In this document: positions 9,969 through 17,218 of the stretch, in pieces
Layout: the number at the start of each line of letters is the position of its first letter
How positions within the stretch are numbered: the first letter of the stretch is position 1
NCBI GenBank assembly: GCA_038867895.1
Contig: JAWBXL010000005.1
Span: 7,340 to 71,339, forward strand
Length of the DNA stretch: 64,000 nt
Reading direction: 5' to 3'
From: Candidatus Bathyarchaeia archaeon
GTDB taxonomy: Archaea > Thermoproteota > Bathyarchaeia > Bathyarchaeales > DTEX01
Made by a program: the position numbers and the translations under genes
The notes under the pieces: generated by a model
The model's input: only the letters and a program-made list of their open reading frames with translations
Databases searched by the model: none
Told to the model about the DNA's origin: nothing

Positions 9969-11108
9969 TCATGCTGTCTCTTTAAGCACCTTAACCTTAA
10001 ATTCTACTCCAAATTTTTCTCCTTCATCTTTTATTTCCTTGAGAATATTCTTGTGAATTGGTATCCCTATCCTTTTTCTCGTCTCCATTGTTAGCCAAGC
10101 CTTCTCCCCAGGTATCCATATCTCAGCATCCTCCGAAATTTTCCTTAAGCCCTTAATATACTCCTTATATTTCTCGATCCTTTCTAAGAAGGCGTCCAGA
10201 AATGATATTTTATCTACATCTATCACTATCATGAAGTGCCCGACGTTCGCCCGCTCCTTATCAGTTGTATGCTTAACAAACACGCCGTAATTGGCTCCAG
10301 TTAATACACCGCAGAGCACATCAACGACAAGGGCTAAGCCCGCGCCTTTGTGCCCACTAAATTCCTCACCAAGCCCACCTAATGGCAACAGTGAACATTT
10401 CCTAGCTAAAACTTCCTTCGGGTCTTCTACAATTTTTCCCTCAGGAGAAAGAGCCCAGCCAGGCGGTATTTTCTTGTCCTCCTTCGCGTAGACCTCTATC
10501 TTCCCAATTGGGACAACACTTGTGGCGGCATCAAAAAGCACTGGAGGTGGATTCTTTGTTGGAAACCCGACGGCTATTGGATTCGTGCCTATGTTTCTGC
10601 CAACTGTATGCGTGTAGGATACTAGTGCCTCAGAATTCGTCATCACCATGCCAATCATATTTCTTTTAACAGCTTGCAGGGCATAGTAACCAGCTATGCC
10701 AAAGTGGTGGCTATTTCTGATACCAACGGCTGAAACGCCTATTTTTTTAGCCTTCTCAATAGCCATTTCCATGGCATTATACGCAACAACCTGTCCTAAT
10801 CCGGATCCACCGTCGATCAATGCTGTTGAAGCTGTTTCCTTTACAACATTCACTTCGGTTTTTGGGTTTACTGAGCCAACCTGGATGCCAACAGTATACC
10901 TCCTAAGTCTTTGGACGCCATGACTCTCAATCCCCATGAGATCCGCAGTCACAAGAACATCTGCAACGATCCCCGCGTGCTCCCTCGGGACCTTCAGGGA
11001 GGAGAGAACTTCAGCGACGTAATTTTTTAGGGATGCCCATTCGACTCTAACAAACTCATCAGGTGGAATTGGAGGCGTCTTTTCATATATTCTCAACATG
11101 CCGAACAC
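9969..11108 (-). CDS. Ldh_2 family malate/L-lactate/L-sulfolactate-type dehydrogenase (ComC/AllD-like); start may be the ATG at 11099
   Basis: ADLMGIESHG, NSHHFGIAGYYA, GTNPIA, DAATS, GHKGAGL, PGE motifs. Confidence 0.9.
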   Translation of the reverse strand: MFGMLRIYEKTPPIPPDEFVRVEWASLKNYVAEVLSSLKVPREHAGIVADVLVTADLMGIESHGVQRLRRYTVGIQVGSVNPKTEVNVVKETASTALIDGGSGLGQVVAYNAMEMAIEKAKKIGVSAVGIRNSHHFGIAGYYALQAVKRNMIGMVMTNSEALVSYTHTVGRNIGTNPIAVGFPTKNPPPVLFDAATSVVPIGKIEVYAKEDKKIPPGWALSPEGKIVEDPKEVLARKCSLLPLGGLGEEFSGHKGAGLALVVDVLCGVLTGANYGVFVKHTTDKERANVGHFMIVIDVDKISFLDAFLERIEKYKEYIKGLRKISEDAEIWIPGEKAWLTMETRKRIGIPIHKNILKEIKDEGEKFGVEFKVKVLKETA

Positions 11109-11162
11109 CGAATCATTTTTGATACCTTTTGATATTCTTGTCTAAAATATAAAGCTTTTGTT

Positions 11163-11185
11163 TTTTCGTAGAATTGTTACGAAAA
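11163..11185. promoter_or_regulatory. Perfect 8-7-8 palindrome TTTTCGTA-N7-TACGAAAA, candidate transcription-factor operator
   Basis: Lies in the divergent Ldh_2/SDR intergenic region, just upstream of the minus-strand BRE/TATA (CTTTATATTTT, ~11145-11155). Confidence 0.45.
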
Positions 11186-11373
11186 CCGTATTCAATAAAA
11201 CTTAAGAGCGTTCGATACTCTCTATATTTCTTTAAGAAAATTTATAGCTTAATAATCTTATAGTTTTAATCAAAGCGCGTAGTTCTCTTCAAAATAACAT
11301 ATAAGTTAAATAACAAAGCAAAAGTTAAATAAACTCTTTTTCTCTATTAATTTAAAATTATAATATAATCTAG

Positions 11374-12246
11374 GTGAAAAATATGATGAGGTTAAAGGAT
11401 CAAGTTGCCATTATAACTGGTTCTTCACGTGGAATAGGTAGAGCTGCTGCAATACTTTTCGCGCAGGAGGGGGCGGACGTAGTCGTAAACTATGTTAAAG
11501 ATGCGGACGCCGCTCAGAAGGTTGTTGAAAAGATAAAAGAAATGGGTAGAAGAGCAATTGCTGTTCAAGCAGATGTTGGAAATTTAAAGGACCATGAAAA
11601 ATTGGTAAATGCTGCCCTAAATGAGTTCGGGAGAATAGATATATTGTACCATAATGCTGCCATTCACTATATTTGTAAAACTCTTGATGATGTAACAGAA
11701 GATGTCTGGGATTGGACTTATAATGTTATTGTTAAGGGGCCCTTCTTTCTCACAAAGCGCGTAGTTCCCCATATGTTAAAGCAGGGAAGAGGCAATATCC
11801 TCTTTACTTTAACTGGCGGAATCTATAGTGTGCGGCCATCAGATTGGCATTACCTTAGTGCAAAAGCAGCTGTAGCGATGCTCGTTAGGGTTCTCGCGGG
11901 AACCCTTGCGCCTGAAATAAGAGTGAATGCCGTAATGCCAGGAACTGTTATGACGGATATGTTTAGACATCACCCGCCGGAATCCTGGGAGGCCTTAGCA
12001 AAGTCTGCACCTATGGGGAGAATGGCAACCCCAATGGATGTTGCTAGGGCAGCATTATGGCTTGTATCGCCTGAGGCAGAATATATCACAGGTTGCGTTA
12101 TTCCAGTTGATGGAGGAATGACTGCGTGCGCATCAAAAGAAACTATGAAACAGATACTCGAAAGATTATTGCCTGGCTTATCACTATATGATTCTAAGAT
12201 GTACGCACGTTGGCTTAAGGAGATAACTGCGGGACTAGAATTTTAA
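11374..12246 (+). CDS. Classical short-chain dehydrogenase/reductase (SDR)
   Basis: TGSSRGIG, HNAA, YLSAK (YxxxK), IRVNAVMPG, VDGG. Confidence 0.93.
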   Translation: MKNMMRLKDQVAIITGSSRGIGRAAAILFAQEGADVVVNYVKDADAAQKVVEKIKEMGRRAIAVQADVGNLKDHEKLVNAALNEFGRIDILYHNAAIHYICKTLDDVTEDVWDWTYNVIVKGPFFLTKRVVPHMLKQGRGNILFTLTGGIYSVRPSDWHYLSAKAAVAMLVRVLAGTLAPEIRVNAVMPGTVMTDMFRHHPPESWEALAKSAPMGRMATPMDVARAALWLVSPEAEYITGCVIPVDGGMTACASKETMKQILERLLPGLSLYDSKMYARWLKEITAGLEF

Positions 12247-12264
12247 TCAATATAAAAACAGCCT

Positions 12265-13545
12265 TTAAGTTTCTATCACCTCTATATTTAATCTCCTACA
12301 GAAAATCTTTAATTTTTCTCGAAGATCCCCTAATGCCATAACATAATGATTGCCCATAGCGTACTCTATAAATTTCTTTGGATCGCCATTTAATCTTAAA
12401 ATCACCTTAACCTGTTCCTCTATATCGCAATCCTCTATTTTTCCGAAAGATAAATGTAATCTATTAGCCTTCTTTCCCAAAAGTCTTACCAGAGTAGCTG
12501 GTTCCCCTTTTGGGATTTTAGGTCTACATTCTGCTAGAGTAGGTGGTCTATCCCCTATTTCCTTCTGGGTTTTCCCAGAAATTACAACTTCTCCACCTTT
12601 GGCTAATGAGCTTGCCGCTGCACAATGAGCTAATGTTAAAAGGTTACCCTCTAACGAGTAAATATCTGTAATCCAAGCTGAAAAACCACTTAAATACTTG
12701 AGGAATAAGGCAGATAAAAGTGATAAAACGTCACATTCACAGCCTATCGCATAAGAATCTTCTACAAAGCCAAGACATGGATTTATCTGAAGCTCCGCTT
12801 CAATATCTGGATGGCAGCCTATCGCAATCGCATCAAGGTTATATCTATTTAAAATCTCCTTTATTGCTTTATGAACAATTATCCCTTTAGTCAATGAATT
12901 TTTATCTGTTTTTAGGATAACCTTTTCTTGCGAAATCTGCTTCATATCTATCTCTTCACACCTAAGAGACCCCAAAATATTAGTGAATTCGAAGCGTGAA
13001 AGTTGCCTTAATTTAACACCAAACCTCTTTTCGATGGCTTCGATATCGTAGAGGGAAGCTAACATATAATGTGGCAAATTCCCTAATATGCCAATACGGG
13101 CCATTGAAAGTCTATGGATGGCAAAAGCTACCCTCGCTAAAACCGCAATTTTCCCAACAATATCTTTGTCTCCAGGTCTCCCATGCAGCAGCGTTGCCCA
13201 AAATCCTCTTTCTATTAAAGCGCCATAGGCGCTAGCAGAGGTGGGAAAAGAGAAACGCCAAGGTAATGACCAGATTACAATTGGTAATTTTAAGTAATCT
13301 GCCACAGCCACCTGCAAGTGAGCAGTTGCTCCATGAAGACACAGTAAAAGTGCAAGGTCATAATCCTCTTTATTGATAACATCTCCTAATTGATATACTT
13401 GCAATTCATTTACAACAGGGCTAAGTCTTTTTATCTTTACATCTAATCCTTCAAAGGCATTTTCAACAGAATCTATATCGCGTTTAAAACTCTCATCGAC
13501 AACTCTGCCTATTGGCACCAACAAAATACTTGGACGATCACTCAA
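12265..13545 (-). CDS. L-fucose/L-arabinose isomerase-like protein
   Basis: CECD metal motif, LAHC, C-terminal GNHY; length and organisation fit the FucI/AraA-related family. Confidence 0.7.
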   Translation of the reverse strand: MSDRPSILLVPIGRVVDESFKRDIDSVENAFEGLDVKIKRLSPVVNELQVYQLGDVINKEDYDLALLLCLHGATAHLQVAVADYLKLPIVIWSLPWRFSFPTSASAYGALIERGFWATLLHGRPGDKDIVGKIAVLARVAFAIHRLSMARIGILGNLPHYMLASLYDIEAIEKRFGVKLRQLSRFEFTNILGSLRCEEIDMKQISQEKVILKTDKNSLTKGIIVHKAIKEILNRYNLDAIAIGCHPDIEAELQINPCLGFVEDSYAIGCECDVLSLLSALFLKYLSGFSAWITDIYSLEGNLLTLAHCAAASSLAKGGEVVISGKTQKEIGDRPPTLAECRPKIPKGEPATLVRLLGKKANRLHLSFGKIEDCDIEEQVKVILRLNGDPKKFIEYAMGNHYVMALGDLREKLKIFCRRLNIEVIET

Positions 13546-13671
13546 TGGCCTCTTGCCTCCAATTAGATGATCACTCGATCATAATTTTCATATCAGGCGT
13601 AAATTATTCTGAAAAGAATATTCTCACCAAGTTAGATAATAAAACAATAATTATGGAAAAAACGGGTGGAT

Positions 13672-16278
13672 TCATTTCCCTAAGAGGAATTTCGGTATCT
13701 CCTCAGGCTTCGCTTTATATACTCTGCAGAGTAAAGCTCTGCAATACCATGCTCCCGTTTTTTCGTCTAGGGTCGAAGGATCATCTTCTGTTAAGACATT
13801 TGCATTAGATATTAAAGCTCCTCCAAGCCACGGTTCTTCGGTCGGAAGCTCTGGATACCACCATGAGGCTCCTATATTTACTACTTGCGGGTGAATATGT
13901 GGTCCTACTCTAGCCCTCTGCAATATTCTACCTCGGCGTGTTTCAATCCAAACCCAGTCACCATCCACTATACCAAGTTTCCTAGCGGTCTCATAATGTA
14001 TGTCACAGCGTGGCCAAGGATTCTGTTCTCTGAAACCCATACCCCACTGCCTGTATTCGGAGTGAAACATCGGCCGGAATCTTCCACCAGTAGTAAGTAT
14101 GAGAGGATACTCCTTAGCTAATTCGGGAGTTCTCACAGGACTCTCAAAGGGCTCCTCATGTTCAGGAAGAGGATCGTATCCTAAATCTTCCAGTATCGAA
14201 CTCCATATCTCTGCTCTCCTACTTGGAGTAGTGAATCCTCGTGGTTTACCAGTTTTTGGATCAATTAAAGCCCATGGTTTATCCTCCTCTGGGAGATAAC
14301 CCGGGGTGTTTGAGGTAAGCAATCCCATGCGAATAGCATCCTCAAATTTTATTCCAGCTCGGCTCAGTCTATATTCTATTGCCTCTTTATTGTTCTTCCA
14401 TGGGAAATACTCTCCAAAACCAAGGCGTATGGCAAGCCCACGGAAGAGCTCATAATCGCTGTGACGATCTCCCATAGGTTTAACTGCATTTTCTCCTACA
14501 ACAACAGCTTCTTGGTAATCCTCCCAATTGCAACAGTACGGAACTTCTAGACCCTTCGCTGCGGCTGGCAAAACGTAATCTGCAAGGGCTGCAGTAGGCG
14601 TCATAAAGTAGTCTTGAACAACACATAGCTCTAAGTTGGAACTCTTTAAGGCTTTGATCACTAACTTAGTATTTGGTGCCCACATGATAGGGTTTCCGCT
14701 CCATATAATGAGCGCTTTTATCGGATATGGTTTTCCAGTGAGTATTGCCCGCCAGATAAGTGGCATGGATACTGTTAATGTGTGCCCACCAGAGTTTTGA
14801 GGAATCCCCCATACTTTCTGGTAATATTTATTGTATAAGTCAAAGGCTGCCCATGACATTACCTTATATTGATCCATACCTATTTGCTTAAGTTTTGTTT
14901 CGGGTTTTATAAACTCTTGCCCCTCGAGCTCAGACTCTCTTACCACAAGTTTACCATTAATAACTGGCCCCGGACGGGCTCTAAGAAGAGGCCAAATGCC
15001 GCCTTTCACACCATAATTCCCTGTTATTAAGTGGATTATAACCATAGCTATATGATTATCTGAGGCGTTTTTTCCAGCTTGGTAAAGAGATACTCCGGCC
15101 CCTATACCGCCAGGCCTTCTAGTCCAGAACATTCTCGCAGTTTCAATTATTTTTTCAGCTGGTATCCATGTTATTTCTTCAACATACTCAGGCGTATATT
15201 TGCTTACGCGCTCCCACAGCATATCCCAAACAGTTTTGCATTCTACTTCTTTACCATCAACTAATTTAACCTTAAATGTTCCAGAAAGAGATGGTTTGGC
15301 GTCTTGTGGCTGAAATATCATTTCCTCAGAAATCCATATGGCCGGAGCATTACGCATAGTATCCCATACTACAAAGTTTTCACGCGAACCTCCTTGTCTT
15401 ATATCGCTCTCCCTTAATAGTTTTCTGACATCTGTACGAACTAAAAATGGCGCATTAGTCCAGTTCAGCACAAAATCCTTATCAAAAAGTCCCTCCTTCA
15501 TTAAAATATGGATCCAGCCTAAAAATAAAGCACAATCAGTGCCCGGTCTTATTTGTAACCACATGTCACAACATCTGGCAGTTTCTGTTAGTCTAGGATC
15601 AACGCACACCGCGTAAATATTTTCCCTATTAAGCGTAAAAGCGGCCCAAAGCGGTGGAAATGCTTCTTTTATATCCGTCCCAACAAGAACAACATATCTA
15701 GTTTCACTGCTCATTTCCGGCCATTCACGTGAAAAGGCACCAGCCATGCACTGTTCAACAGCTGTTCCTGGGTGGTGACATATTGTGCTTGGGTCACCAA
15801 GGTTAAGGGGATTACCAAACAAATACGCAAAGCGAGAACGGGCCCAGAACGTATCTGAACGCATGGTCCCTTCAATGAAGGCAACACATTCAGGACCATA
15901 TTTATCCCTCAGCTCCTTTAGTTTCTCCGCTATTTCATCTAAAGCTTGCTCATAGGATATGCGTTGCCACTTTCCCTCGCCTCTTTCGCCTACCCTCTTA
16001 AGAGCATACATTAACTGATCTGGATGATAAAGCCATCTTGCCGGGAAATCAGGAATTGTCGCCCGATCATAGCATACAAACTTTTCTTGTGAAAAAGGAT
16101 CTGGATAGACAACCCAAAGCTTCGAAATAGGATGTTCTGGGTTTCCTTCCACCTTTACTATTTTCCCGGTCTTCTTGTCTATGTAGGCAAGAAGCCCACA
16201 GCCCGCGAAGCATCCTCCGGCACCATTGTTACATATAATTCGCTTAACTTCAAGTTCCTCACTCATAAGTATCCCCAT
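13672..16278 (-). CDS. Mo/W-bisPGD oxidoreductase, Cys-ligated (acetylene hydratase/catechol dehydroxylase-like branch), cytoplasmic
   Basis: N-terminal C-x6-C-x3-C...C Fe-S motif, RGEGKWQRIS, STICHH (putative Mo-Cys), IRPGTDCA, FMTPTAALADYVLPAA, FHSE C-terminal domain; no Tat RR signal. Confidence 0.88.
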   Translation of the reverse strand: MGILMSEELEVKRIICNNGAGGCFAGCGLLAYIDKKTGKIVKVEGNPEHPISKLWVVYPDPFSQEKFVCYDRATIPDFPARWLYHPDQLMYALKRVGERGEGKWQRISYEQALDEIAEKLKELRDKYGPECVAFIEGTMRSDTFWARSRFAYLFGNPLNLGDPSTICHHPGTAVEQCMAGAFSREWPEMSSETRYVVLVGTDIKEAFPPLWAAFTLNRENIYAVCVDPRLTETARCCDMWLQIRPGTDCALFLGWIHILMKEGLFDKDFVLNWTNAPFLVRTDVRKLLRESDIRQGGSRENFVVWDTMRNAPAIWISEEMIFQPQDAKPSLSGTFKVKLVDGKEVECKTVWDMLWERVSKYTPEYVEEITWIPAEKIIETARMFWTRRPGGIGAGVSLYQAGKNASDNHIAMVIIHLITGNYGVKGGIWPLLRARPGPVINGKLVVRESELEGQEFIKPETKLKQIGMDQYKVMSWAAFDLYNKYYQKVWGIPQNSGGHTLTVSMPLIWRAILTGKPYPIKALIIWSGNPIMWAPNTKLVIKALKSSNLELCVVQDYFMTPTAALADYVLPAAAKGLEVPYCCNWEDYQEAVVVGENAVKPMGDRHSDYELFRGLAIRLGFGEYFPWKNNKEAIEYRLSRAGIKFEDAIRMGLLTSNTPGYLPEEDKPWALIDPKTGKPRGFTTPSRRAEIWSSILEDLGYDPLPEHEEPFESPVRTPELAKEYPLILTTGGRFRPMFHSEYRQWGMGFREQNPWPRCDIHYETARKLGIVDGDWVWIETRRGRILQRARVGPHIHPQVVNIGASWWYPELPTEEPWLGGALISNANVLTEDDPSTLDEKTGAWYCRALLCRVYKAKPEEIPKFLLGK

Positions 16279-16370
16279 TTTTACAATTAAAGATTTTTTT
16301 ATATGCCTTTTTCTATTTAAAACTTTCTAATAATTCCATCGTTGTTCTTTGGATGTGAAACTCTTATTAT

Positions 16371-17216
16371 TTAGAGGGTGATGTCACCCAGGTTCACGTC
16401 CCTTTCAGTTGTTATTATACCAATAACTTTTTTCTTGTAGCCTTCCTTCTCTATTTCAAGCAGGTATTTATGCCTCCATTCTAGATTTTTAAGCCAGAAG
16501 TCTCCAAACTCGTCGGTGTACACTTCATATTTTCTGCCAGTATACAAGTCTATCGCTGTAACTTTAGCGTTTTCAATAACCTCTTTCTTCGCCGAGTTTA
16601 TTATGGTGCCCGCTATAAATGGCTTTGGCAAATTCAGATAATATACTCGAGGTTTTGTTCCATATTCTGGGTGGAGCACCTCAGTCTTTTCTAGGAGCAC
16701 CTTTAGTTCTTCTTCATCCCCAAAGATTATAGCATTTCTTTGGCATGCATCTACACATCTTGGGACACCACGCTTATAAAGTGGGTCAGCGCCATCTAAA
16801 AGATGAGCGCAAAACGTGCATTTCTGTGCTATGCCAAGCTTCTCGTTAAAGTAGATTGCTCCATATGGACAAGAATCATAACATAATGGTTTATCAACGT
16901 CTCTGCATCCATTACATCTATCCGGCCTTATTAATACTATTCCGTCAGATCTCTTCACTATTGCTCCGATTCTACACGCCCTGATGCAGGGCGGATTATC
17001 GCAGTGCATGCAATTCATGGGTATGTAGGTGACCTTTACTTTTGGAATAGTTCCCCGCTCCACTTCCTTAACCCATCTCCATGCAGCCCCTAAATCTGGT
17101 TGTGGCTTAGCGTACGGAGACCAGTCGTTATCTACATGCTCATCCTTACAAGCAATTTGACAAACATAACAGCCTACGCATTCAGCAACGTTAATAATCA
17201 TAACTTTCTTTCCCAT
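16371..17216 (-). CDS. 4Fe-4S dicluster protein with C-terminal beta-sandwich, pyrogallol transhydroxylase beta subunit (BthL)-like
   Basis: Four Cys groups; CKDEH...W...ERG, AQKCTFCAHLLD, GTKPRVYY, TDEFGDF and LGDITL match the recalled BthL architecture. Confidence 0.85.
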   Translation of the reverse strand: MGKKVMIINVAECVGCYVCQIACKDEHVDNDWSPYAKPQPDLGAAWRWVKEVERGTIPKVKVTYIPMNCMHCDNPPCIRACRIGAIVKRSDGIVLIRPDRCNGCRDVDKPLCYDSCPYGAIYFNEKLGIAQKCTFCAHLLDGADPLYKRGVPRCVDACQRNAIIFGDEEELKVLLEKTEVLHPEYGTKPRVYYLNLPKPFIAGTIINSAKKEVIENAKVTAIDLYTGRKYEVYTDEFGDFWLKNLEWRHKYLLEIEKEGYKKKVIGIITTERDVNLGDITL

Positions 17217-17218
17217 AT

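Noticed and set aside
13672-16278. Annotation as acetylene hydratase, formate dehydrogenase or nitrate reductase
   Set aside because: Lacks the acetylene hydratase catalytic Asp next to the second Fe-S Cys; no convincing FDH/Nap context or partner subunits.
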